Assembly: GCA_030390025.1 (NCBI GenBank)
Contig: CM059425.1
Span: 178,810,001 to 178,874,000 of the forward strand
Source of the DNA: Squalus acanthias
Lineage: Eukaryota
Direction of reading: 5' to 3'
DNA length: 64,000 nucleotides
In this document: positions 12,948 to 23,942 of the stretch, in pieces
Layout: the number at the start of each line of letters is the position of its first letter
How positions within the stretch are numbered: position 1 is the first letter of the stretch
Program-made: the position numbers and the translations under genes
The notes under the pieces: model-generated
Told to the model about the DNA's origin: nothing
Databases searched by the model: none
What the model saw: the letters and a program-made list of their open reading frames with translations, nothing else

Positions 12948-13141
12948 TAAAAAAGTGAGAAGTCGCACAACACCAGGTTATAGTCCAACAGTTTTATTTG
13001 AAATCACAAGCTTTCGGAGCGGCTGCTCCTTCGTCAGGTGCTTGTGATTTCAAATAAAACTGTTGGACTATAACCTGGTGTTGTGCGACTTCTCACTTTT
13101 GTCCACCCCAGTCCAACACCGGCATCTCCGCATCATGACCA
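12948..13141. mobile_element. Penelope-derived fold-back insertion (family 2)
   Basis: Inverted copy of the terminus seen at about 54440-54568; 11-bp TSD CTGAGGTTTTT at 12937-12947 and 13142-13152. Confidence 0.85.
13004..13040 (-). ncRNA. Minimal type I hammerhead ribozyme motif
   Basis: Minus strand cac-CTGACGA-a-GGAGC-agcc-GCTCC-GAAA-GC-TT-gtg: intact core, 5-bp stem II, palindromic AGCT. Confidence 0.7.
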
Positions 13142-13289
13142 CTGAGGTTTTTAGACATGGATGTGGCCTAGCCAGCAGCTGCCACCGAAAGGGTAAGTTT
13201 GATTACTTTTTAAAGATGGCATGAAGCTAGGAGGAGCAGGAGTGCTCCTCCTGGCTTCACAGCACTCCTAACGGCTGCTGCTGGTTGTG

Positions 13290-13857
13290 ATGGGGGTAGA
13301 AGTTATGCTGCAGCTATACAAAACCCTGGTTAGACCACACCTGGAGGACTGTGAGCAGTTCTGGGCACCACACCTTAGGAAGGATATATTGGCCTAGTGC
13401 AGCGTAGGTTTACCAGAATGATACCTGGACTTCAAGGGTTAAGTTATGAGGAGAGATTACACAAATTAGGGTTTTATTCCCTAGAATTTAGAAGGTTAAG
13501 GGGTGATCTGATCGAAGATTTCAAGTTATTAAGGGGAACAGATAGGGTCAATAGAGAGAAACTACTTCCACTGGTTGGGGAACTAGGACTGCGGGCATAG
13601 TCTAAAAATTAGAGCCAGACCTTTTAGGAATGAAATTAGGAAACACTTCTACACACAAAGGGTGGTAGAAGTTTGGAACTCTCTTCCGCAAACAGCAATT
13701 GATGCTAGATCAATTGTTAATTTTAAATCTGAGATTGATAGCTTTTTGTTAACCAAAGGTATTAAGGGAGTTAGGTCACAGATCAGCCATGATCTAATTG
13801 AATGGCGGAACAGGCTCGAGGGGCTAAATGGCCTACTCTTGTTCCTATGTTCCTATT
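13290..13857 (+). mobile_element. CR1 LINE 3' fragment
   Basis: QRRFTRMIPGLQGLSYEERL..RRLRGDLIE; VWNSLPQ; CR1 tail. Confidence 0.9.
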
Positions 13858-15309
13858 GGCCCTCCTCCCGCTTTCCTCCCTCACTCCCGGGACTTATCTG
13901 AGGGCCACGTGTCGGCAAGGCAGGCGGGCCTAAATTTGCTTCTTCTGTCAGATGAGGGGCCAGTGGATGGGTGACAGGCGCCAACAGCTCACCATGCTTA
14001 TTCAGATGAGGCCCAAGGACCAGTATCTTGTGATCCTCTGGCCTTCAAATTTGGGCTCAGTGATCTGGCCTAAAGCGTTTCTAGGCTGTTATCTGCCATT
14101 CTTTAATATCCAGTGGGGTCGGGCAGAAGAACCCCATTATGGTGGATAGCAGAGGTTTCACTGTATACGCAACATAATTATATACATATACTTGTAAATA
14201 TACACATGTACACATATAATTCACAATTTAGAAGATCCGTTTCTATCAGCTGATGCAACAGTGCCCTGAAGTGAACTCTTGAAAATAGCTTTGAAGCACA
14301 TAGAGGATATATTGACTTCATAGTAGCCAATGTCTCCAACAAATACAAATACTCTGTTACAGAAGAGCAGCCAATTGGTTAATGTTTCAACTGCTAGAGG
14401 TTCTTTACATAACAAGACAAAGTGCATCATGACCCATAAGTCAGGAATAGTGGCAGATCCATTAGACATAGTAATTCTTGAATGTTCTTGTATTATGTCA
14501 CTGGTGTTATTTGTATATGAAAACCATTATTAGGACTTCCAAAGTATTACTCAAAGGACAAAAAACATGTTTATGTTCAGCAAGGTGAAAAAATATGTAC
14601 TCAGAAGCTTAATATAACATGACAAGCTCCCAAAGGAATTTTGACCAATCATACTTTAGGGTTTCATCATGTGACCAAATCCCAGCTGCCCCCAATAAAC
14701 ATCTGTCAGTCGAAAATGAATGATGTCACACTGTAATTCTAATAATTTATAGCATTGTTTGTTTAACCTTATTACAGGTATGTAATGACAAGCCTCAACA
14801 GTAAGGCAAAGCATTTTGAATAACCTCATTATAATTGTTTAATGAAAATTCCCTCCTCCTGATGTGTTTTTCTCCTTTATGTTATTGTCATTTATTACTT
14901 TGCTTCATCACATGATTCATTCCCTATCTTTATACCCCCCCCCTCACCCCCCCCACCCCCACCACATGCCTTGTACCACCCTTGACCATTAGGTCAGGCA
15001 AACAATTGTTTTAGGCTCCTGCATTGAAAACAAACTTAGGTTAACATGTCCACTTATTTTCCCTCCTGTCTGCTGGAGAAGTCCGAAGGCTTCACTCACC
15101 ACCTCTCCTGATGTCCCATTTTAGATTATGGGTTTTCCATGTGGAAATTAAACAAAACCATTTCATCCTCTATGGCACAGTACACTGGACCATCAGAGTG
15201 CTGCCCACTACACCTCCAAATACATAATTTAACAGTCAAATTCAATTTGAAATGTATTCACCTGAACTGAGTTATTCTATCTGTTTACAGAATACTTTCT
15301 GTTTTACAA

Positions 15310-15915
15310 AAAAAAAACTGCATTTGTGATGTGGGTGATGTCATCAAGCTCGCATTTATTGCCCTTCCCTAGCAGCCTGAGAAGGTGATGGTGGGACTTC
15401 CCTTGAATGCTGCAGCCCTGAGATGATGTTATTTCCACCATGGTGTTAGGTAGGGAATTTCAGAATTTTGACTCAGTTACGATGAAGGAACAGTGATACA
15501 TGTCCAAGTCAGGATGGTATGTAACTTGGAGGGGAATGGGGAGGTGATGATATATTCCCAAGACATTGCCACTCTTGTCCTTCTGGGTGGTAGAGGTAGC
15601 AGGGAAGGAGGTGTTATCAAGGTAAGTTTAGTAAATTTCTGTAGTGCATCTGTGAATAATACGTACTGCAGCCACAGTGCGCTGGTGGTGGAGTGGATGG
15701 ATACTGCGTCCAATGGCAGAGGTGTGAATCTAGAAAACTGCTCTGTCCTGGATAGTGCCTAGCTTTTGAGTGTTGTTTCAGCTGCATCCAGTCAGGCAAG
15801 TAGTGAGTGTTCCATCACACTTCTGATGTGGGCTTTGTAGAACGTTAAAAGACTTTGAGGGGTCCGGAGCTCAGCCACTCATCACAGAGTACCCAGCCTC
15901 TGCCCTGATCCTGTA
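15310..15915 (-). mobile_element. Degenerate non-LTR retrotransposon 3' fragment; short 3' ends of the same family at about 19935, 26830 and 34780
   Basis: Shared GCATTTATTGCCC..GAGAAGGTGGTGGTG block; degenerate PLPPRRTR peptide. Confidence 0.6.
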
Positions 15916-16044
15916 AAGTAATTGCTCATCTTTCTCACATCTGACACAAAGGTTCATGCACTGAAAGTGCGTATCAGAATATGGCATCTGAGCTTGATTG
16001 TTTCCTAAGGGATAAATTTGCTATTCTTTGCCACATGGGATCTC

Positions 16045-16350
16045 TCCACATTACATAGTATTTACAGCACAGAAAAGATCATTCAGCCCAACAGGTCTAT
16101 GCCAGTGTTTATGCTCCCCACGAGCTTCCCTCACACTCTACTTAATCTCACCCTATCAGCATTTCCTCCTATTCCTTTCTCCCGCATGTACTTATCTCAC
16201 TTCACCTTAAATGCATCTATGCTATTCGTCTCAACTATTCCATGTGGTAGCAAGTTCCACATTCTAACCACTCTCTGAGTAAAGAAGTTTCTCCTGAGTT
16301 CCTGAATTGGATTTATTAGTGATTACCTTGTTTTTATGACCTCTAGTTGT
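16045..16350 (-). mobile_element. CR1 LINE 3' end
   Basis: Aligns by eye to 32690-32990 (HKNKVITNKS..). Confidence 0.8.
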
Positions 16351-18035
16351 AGACTGCACCACCTCGGCATGGGCGGCAACATCTGGGCGGGCTGGCTGGC
16401 TGACAGGCAGTAGCAAGGGCATGGGCAGAGTGGCAGGAGTACGAATGCTGTCATCCTGAGAGAAGACAGCAGGTTCTTGCTCTGCGGAGTCACTGCCACT
16501 TCTCCGGGGCGGTGCCTTAGCATTCCTAGCCATCTGTTGGAGCACAGGTTGCTGGACTGCAGTGAGACCCTGCAATCCCCTTTCCACACTCGTAAACCCA
16601 ACCACAATGGCATCAGTCTGAACTTGTGTGGCAGCAAGCTGAGCCTGCATGACAGAAGTCTGAGCTTCCACTGCAGCACTCAGACGTTGGGTCGCTTCCG
16701 CTTGTGCTGCAATGGAAGCTGTGACATCGCCCATCACACCCAGCATCATGGTTGGGTCCACAAGTGCTCTAATGGAGTTGCCCATAATTTCCTGGAAATC
16801 ATGGGCTCCGGGCTCCACGCAAAGCCCCGTGCAATATTGTTGCCGGACTCCTCCATGCTGCTTGACAGTGACAAGAGGCTCACTAGCAGGCCTGCCATTG
16901 CACCAAGCATTTCTGAAGGCCACCCCATCGAAGTCATCATCTGAGTCCTCTGCAGCAGAACTCATGCACAAACTCACCCTCCGGGGAGCTGGCACCTGAG
17001 CTACCCTTTCCCCCTGCCCTGGCTGCAGCCCACTTGTGCCGGTGACTCACCACGTGCAGATTCCGCCTCTATACAACCCTCTAAAGTTTGCGCAGTGCCA
17101 TTTTCTGAGCTGATATCTGGAAGTGTCAGAGTGAGTGATGGTGCCTCTTTCTCTCCTTCACTCTCCTGCTCCACAACATCTGGGCTGGTGGCAGTTCTTG
17201 GGTATCTCAAAGGAGAAAGGCACAAGTGTGATGAGGGGAGTGGGGGGAAAGCAAGATGTGCATGCTTACACCATCAGCAGCTTGTAAGTGAGAGACATTG
17301 TGCCATGAGGAGGAAGTGGGATGTGAGAAGAAGGATTAGGTATGAGCATAGCGTCATCAGCAATGCTTTCAACCTCGCCGCTCACCACTGCCTCAGTGAT
17401 GGCCCCTCCAATTATCTTGAACACTGTCTCCTCCAGCGCAGTGATGTTTTGAAAATGTGCTTCCCCTCTGCCTGTCTGCTGTTGCTCACGTCTGTTATGC
17501 ACCACCTTGGCCTACAAGAGAAAGGGAAGTCTGTCAGTGAGTGTGGTGCAATGTGTTTGGGTGATGTGCCTGTCATGGTTGAATAGCTAGCAGTGTGTCC
17601 AAGGTCTGATATGTGGGTGTGAGTCTTGCAGCAGTGGTAAGTTTGTGAGAGTCAGATGAAGCTATGATTGTGAAGTATGAGCCGTGATTGCTAGAGATTG
17701 TAGGTAGGTGAGTGAATGGGGTGTGGTGCATTGAGCAGTGTGTGAGGATAGTGGTGCAGTTGGTAGGATATGGCATTTGAAGATGCATTCACTCACCTTG
17801 ACCACTCGTGTGAGGTCATTAAACTTCTTGCGGCATTCGATCCAGTTCCTGGGGGCAACACACATGGCACTGAGCGCTTGTGCTATCTCCTCCCACTGAC
17901 TTCTGACATTCTGCCTGGAAGGCCTCCACCCCCCTGCGGGTAGAGGACCTGTCTTCTTATGTGCACACCCAGGACTAAGGACTCCAGTGCTGCATCGGAG
18001 AACCTCATTGCCCACTCTCTTCCCTGTTGAGCCAT
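16351..18035 (-). pseudogene. Harbinger Myb/SANT DNA-binding protein, three exons, frameshifted and 3'-truncated
   Basis: RFSDAALESLV..WEEIAQAL..RNWIECRKKFNDLTRVVK|GTGAGT (exon 1 ends 17797); HNRREQQQTG exon 2; SQDDSI and AHAEVVQS in exon 3. Confidence 0.85.
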
Positions 18036-18316
18036 GGCTGCATGCAGAGTGACAGTGAGGTGCTTCTGCAACAAAGCACCTCCCCTTTAAGAAGTGCAAA
18101 GTGCTGAGGCAAAACTTTATTGACCAGTAGACTGCACCCGATATTGGCCCCCCTCTTGAGCACTGAGCCAACCGGCAGCACATTTAGTGCTCCAATCATT
18201 GTAATGAGCAGGCAGCATGAATTTTGCGTGCTGCCTTCCCCACTTTGAACAGGCGCGGGCGGATCGCATTTCGCGCTCCCCACGCCCGTTTTTGAGCCCA
18301 GTCCAATTTCATCCCC
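16351..18316 (-). mobile_element. Truncated Harbinger (Myb/SANT-gene half only)
   Basis: Terminus AATTTCATCCCC followed by TAA; subterminal region aligns with 48970-49030 + 53157-53220. Confidence 0.85.
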
Positions 18317-18698
18317 TAAATGTTTTGAGTGCGATAGATGGCAGCACTTTATTAGTTGTAACACTAGGTGGTTAATGTACATTAAGAATATTTGCTCCTC
18401 CTATTGGCACTTTAAATATTTGGAACTCTAATTTTAAATTGGAGCATGTTTAAAGTTCTGATTTGCCTATATAACAACAGTCACTGCCCTTCAGAGTAAT
18501 TCATTGTATGTGATGAGCTTGAAGATTTTTCTGACAGACATAATAAGGTATTATTTAACTGCAAGTCTCTTTTTTGATAATCAAATGTGGATCTTCATAA
18601 ATTGATCATTATTACCAAAATCCACTTTATTTTTTAGTTGAATCACAAATAATTGTTCCTTTAAAATCTTTGTTAGAAATCTAGAAGAAAATAATGAT

Positions 18699-19876
18699 GG
18701 GTGTAAATTTCTGTTGCCTGGAGTCAAAAAACGAGTTGTTGTTGAATGGGCAGGTTGTTGAATGATATGGCACCCATCCAGTCCATGGCAGCGTGAGGCC
18801 TGGGAGATTTTATCTCCTGCCCAAAACCGATGGGAAACGGCAGCTGCTGGCGGGCGAGAGCACAATGTTGGGAGGCAGGAGTTCCCCGCTGACACTGAGG
18901 TAAGTCGATTGGGTGGTGGGGGGTTGGTGGCGGGGGAGAGCCTGAGGCAGGGGAGACCTGAACTTTCTTTGTGAGGCCCTGAGAAGCACTCCTGCTCCTC
19001 CTGGCCCCACAAGTAAAAAGAGTAAAGAGACTTATCTTTTTGGGCCTCCTCTGGCCCTGACACCTCTTCCTGCATGGCTTGGCATGAAAGCCGCTTCCTC
19101 ACTCAGGCCCAGAGTTAAAATAGCATTCTGGGCCTGATAATGTCAAAAGAGCCTAGTCTGCATATTTAAAGGAGGACCCCGTTGGTTTACGGTGGTGTCC
19201 TTCTTGCCTGCTCAGAAGAGCAGATTAAAATTATTGAGGGTAATTTTAACCCCCCCCCCAGGATGGGCAGCGGGGGGAGGTGGGTGGAGGGGTTAAAAAT
19301 AAAATAACGGGAAACCAGAACCCAACCCACCTCCACTGCGTCCACTTCCGGTTTTAACGGAGATAGGTTGGGGACGGGTGACTAACCTGCTTTCCGTAGG
19401 TGGGTCCCTCATTTAAATATTTTAATGAGGCTGCGTGCCTAAGATTTTATCTGCGTTTCAGGTTTACTGCTGGCTGGCCGGGTTTCCCAAGGCCCAGGAA
19501 ACCCGACAGCTGCAGGGAGGCATGAACGGCTGGATCGATCAGGTAAGCGTCTTTCCAGCACTGCTTATGGGCCATGAGGAGCAAGAGTGCTTACCCCTGG
19601 CCCACCAAGCAAACCTGTTAATGGTCCCACGATTGGATCTCTGTGATTGGACCTCCCACAATCACGTTAATCAGGTCCTCCGTTGAATTCGACGGGACCT
19701 CCAGGAAACCCGTACTTCCATGTTTCCTAGCCGCTGGAACTACCCCCCCCCCCCCCCCCAACCCTTCCCTGACCTCCCCGCAAATATCAGGGCCCTAGTC
19801 TCCAAGGTTGGTGGGGGACATCGGTGGGTAAGTCTCACAGGCGATTTTAACTGGTTGCCTGCTTTAAAACCACCCC
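18699..19876. mobile_element. Harbinger-type MITE with a second MITE (about 19236-19794) nested inside
   Basis: Outer ends GGGTGTAAATTT / TAAAACCACCCC; inner ends GAGGGTAATTTT / AATATCAGGGCC; each carries the hairpin cassette. Confidence 0.6.
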
Positions 19877-21309
19877 TTAACACCCAGAGGAAAGCATGCC
19901 CCCATATACAATTTGCATTGTCATTAATTTTCGCTTATGGGATCTGGGCGTCGCCCATCCCTAGTTCCCCTTGAGAAGGTGGTGGTGAGCCGCCTTCTTG
20001 AACCGCTGCATTGAACCGATTGCACTGGAATACAGCAACAACTTGCATTTATATAGCACCTTTAAAGCAGAAAAATGTCTCAAGGTGCTCACAGAGGTGG
20101 AATTTAAAAAAGGTCAATTTCATGTAAAAAAGCATTTCCTGTAATAGTGTATTTAGTATAAGTGCTTGGTCAAAATTAGGGTGTTTGCTCCACTTTAAAA
20201 AATAATTAGATTCAGAATCTTCCCTCCTTCATCCACTTTGGATGACCTCAACACAAATTTTGTAAAATTAAAATTAAAATCAATGCAAAAGAGAAATTTG
20301 GAAGAGGAGAGCATCATGAAAATTGATGTCTGAAACTTCTATCCTGCTACTCTCAGATCATCAAGGAAATGGACCAATGCACTGGTACCCCATATCGGCC
20401 AATAAAGAAGCATAGCCTTGGAAATCAGCCACTAGTTCACCATAAAATACAAATAATCAAATAAATATTACAGATTGGAAACACATAAAAAGAAATATCA
20501 TTTTTTTTCTAAAATAATTAAATTGATCTTCCAGTTGTTGATATAGCAGCCCTCAGGGAAACATGCAACTGTGCTACTTTCTCTACAGTTTTACTGTCAA
20601 GGTGATATTGTTCATGTGCAGAATGGACAAAAGGCAGCAAAATATCTCACACACATTTTCAAATAAAGACAAGCACCACAATCCAATCTGGATCAGTTTA
20701 GATTTGAAATTGTAATCATCCTTCGTCAAAATGTTAAGATAGTAAAATTGCTTTCAGCTACAAGTAATAGAAATCCTCACTGAGTTCTGTGAAGAGTTCG
20801 ATTTTGGTACAGTGGGTGTTCCATAGATCTAATTTTTTTTACACAGTTTTAAGTGCAGCTTAAGAAAGCCAATTACTCTGAAAGAAGTGAGGAAGCCTTA
20901 CGACCAACACACTGCACTCAGTTAATTTGATCTGAGGGCACTAAACTGATTTAAATCCAATGTTCAGGGCATATTTTACAGGATAAGACACATCAAACAT
21001 AAAACCACAACATCTTACTGATTATCCTAATGAGACTTAACTTGAAAAATATCCAAGTTTGAAGCTACATGGCTTTTTCTGTTAAAAAGTCAGGCCTCCT
21101 GAAAAATTATAGCAGCAAAATATTGAACAAAGGTGAGATCTTTGTTTTTCATTTCTCTTGTCGATCTTTGCCTCTTTCTCTTAAGGTATTGGCTGCTTGC
21201 TAGGGTATGGTTTCAGGGGCACCAGCTGCCCTTTAGTACCTCACCCAATTGGTCATTATTCACGTGTGAGTCTAAACGGTGAATCGTGGCAACTATTCCA
21301 GCAGCATGG

Positions 21310-21846
21310 AGGCCACCTGCTGTAGCCAGGCAGGTCCTAATTAAAATGGGAAAGTCGCAGCCTGATGATGTCACCAGCGGCACAATGCGATTTTAATTCC
21401 TGGGATCAGGAAGCCTGCATGGCGCCGAAAACCACCAGCAAAAGCTGACGGCAATCAACATTGGACAAAAAGAGGTCCAGGTATGTTTATTTTAATAATT
21501 TCCTAAAGTTCCTCATAGCGCAGGGCGAGCAGGATTGCTTCTCCTGGCCCAACAAGAAAACCTTGAGCCTCTTTTCCCTCTTTCGCTCCCCTCTTCTCCG
21601 GCTGCAATCGGCCCAGACCACTTCCCCATTTACTTTGTCGGGGACCATTCTCTTGGGTCGGGGCGGTGTGGCCTTGCACCTGATTTCCCTCTCCTGCACT
21701 TACGCCATTCCTGCCAGCTTTTAGTGGGAGACAGTGCAGAGAAATGTAACAGAGGCCCAGGAATTAAAATGGCCCGGGCTTCATATTCAACTGTCTGTGG
21801 AGGTTCCTGCAACCTGCCCGCCGGCGCACCAAGTTAAAATCAGGGC
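21310..21846. mobile_element. Harbinger-type MITE
   Basis: Right end TTAAAATCAGGGC; donor+hairpin cassette at 21481-21556; left end unclear. Confidence 0.55.
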
Positions 21847-21859
21847 TGTAATGTTGGGA

Positions 21860-22185
21860 AAAGCATCAGGCAATTTTCACATGGCAAGGTCCCACAAACA
21901 GTACTGGGATAAATGACCAGGTAACTTTTTAGTAATATTGGTTGAGGGATTGACCCGACACTAGAAGAACTCCCCTGCTCTGCTTCGAAAAATGCCATGG
22001 GATCTTTTATGTCCACCTTGGTTTAACATTGCATCGGAAAGACGGCACCTCCAACAGTGCAGCACTCCCTCATTACTACAGTGAAGTACTACCTTAGATT
22101 ATGCACTGAAGTTTCTGGAGGGGGTCTTGAAGCCACAACATTCTGACTCAGGCAAGAGTGCTACCACTGAGCCAAGGCTGACAGC
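21860..22185 (-). mobile_element. Degenerate DeuSINE copy
   Basis: Reverse complement of 28766-29090. Confidence 0.75.
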
Positions 22186-22794
22186 CTATACTGAAACAGC
22201 CAGAGGTTTACTTCACCACTCCTTATTTTCAACCCAAAAAAGGGGCAATTAAATTGAAAACTCATTTTTTCTCTTAGATCTGCTGCTACTTGTTAAGACC
22301 TGTTAATGGCTTGTTAATAAGCTTTCAGAGAAAGATGCAGCAGTTTTCCACTGGGGAAATTAAATGACCAGGTAGCAATTAGTTCACCCGTTCATCTGGA
22401 GTTAATTCAACAATGGAGCAGCTGAACCCTTTGACAGCGTATTTTTTTTCTGCATGGATTTTGCTGCAATTGTTATTTTAATCGGTTCAGTGTTGCTGTT
22501 GATGAAATAACTGAGGGTGCAGGCTCCACTGAAAACTAAGCACCCACTACACAAACTACCACTGGGTTTATATACTGTGTGGTTCAAGGCAGCTGAACAG
22601 CGCTTAGCTCAGGGACACCTTTAACAGGAGCTCAATACATTGTTTAGTTGTAAAATTAATTCTCCCACTTGGGAAATTGAAAATCTCCAGGTTTGGATGT
22701 TTAGATTAATCATTACAGCATCAATTATGTAATCTGCACAGCGTAGAGCTTTGGATTCGTGGGTGTGGAGGGTGAGGCCTACTCCCCACTGAAG

Positions 22795-23152
22795 GTTCTC
22801 CTGGATACTCCAGGAATTAAAGATTAATCTCCAGGACACTGCTGCAAGCAATCCAGGAGAAAAAACATTGAAAAAACTGTGTTTTAAAAAAAAGATTCTT
22901 TGAATATTTTTGTTTACTAGTTTTAAAAATATTGGAGATGGGGAAAAAGGCTGTTTGACCTGACAGTCAAGAATCATCCAATCGGGGAATGAAAAGTCTA
23001 TTCACTTTCCGATTGGTGTAGGAAGGTGGTGCACCATGAGGATAGACATGTTGGGCAACCAATGACCAGAGTGTGGGGGCCGAAGCGGTTGGAGACGGGA
23101 GGTCATCTGATGATACCTCCGGGAATATGTTCAACCAGAGCTGGCAACCTTA
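22795..23152. mobile_element. hAT (Blackjack-like) MITE remnant
   Basis: Right end TGGCAACCTTA resembles a TAGGGTTGCCA-type TIR; repeated TCCAGGA subterminal motifs; left TIR not seen. Confidence 0.5.
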
Positions 23153-23265
23153 TCCGTGCCTAATGCACTGAATGCAGACAATACCGGTGGCTTATTGCCA
23201 GAATGAATGCAGTCTCCAGAGTCTGTAGAATGTGGGTCCAAATGAGGAAGAAAGAGGTACACTAA

Positions 23266-23942
23266 AGGGTGAATTTTAACTCAGACCAGGTTCCCTTCAG
23301 AAACCACTCCAGCAAGTTGGTTTCCCATCCGGCAGAGGCAGCGGGAGGTCACGCCAATTTTAACCACCGGTCCAGCTGGCTTCCAGGTTAGTGGTGGGGT
23401 GGGAGTTTTGGAGGGTCTCGCAGGAGGGAAGGTGGGGGAAGGTGGGAATCGAAGAAGGGGAGGCTGCGACTTTGTGGGGCCTTTTAAAATGCCATTGGGG
23501 TAATATGTACATCATGGGACCCCAATCTGTATTTAATATGGAGGCTCCAGTGGTGGTAAAGTGGGAAATTGGCGGGAATGGAGTGGGAAATTGAACCGCT
23601 CCATTATAACTGCTTCTCTGCTTGTTTCCCACCGATTGGGGAGAGTTAAAATTCCCCCTTATGTTGCTCAAATTGCCAACTTCTTTCCCCACCTCCCGAT
23701 TGCGGCCTCTCTCCCTCCTCCCAATTGCCAGGGACTGTCCCCAAGGGTCTCCGGCTGAGGCCTCCTGCCACTGATGACCCCACCTGCCTGCTGGCCAGGC
23801 TGTCCATTGAGCCGGCGGCCGAGCGGGAAACAGAACCAAAATCTGTTAATGAGGTCCTGCTATTGTCGCCGGCCTTGCTGGGTTCTTCGGGCCATTTAAG
23901 CCTCCCCTGTACCCTCCCTGCTTCCCCGTAAATAACGGGGCC
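23266..23942. mobile_element. Harbinger-type MITE
   Basis: Ends AGGGTGAATTTT / AATAACGGGGCC; GC-rich island in AT-rich flanks. Confidence 0.55.

Larger units (their letters stand above)
12810..14115. mobile_element. Harbinger-type MITE split by Penelope and CR1 insertions
   Basis: GC-rich segments at about 12810-12947, 13142-13285 and 13858-14115; carries the donor+hairpin cassette at 13193-13259; boundaries approximate. Confidence 0.5.

Noticed and set aside
14221..14469. 82-aa ORF in unique AT-rich sequence
   Set aside because: No homology recognised and no convincing splice signals.
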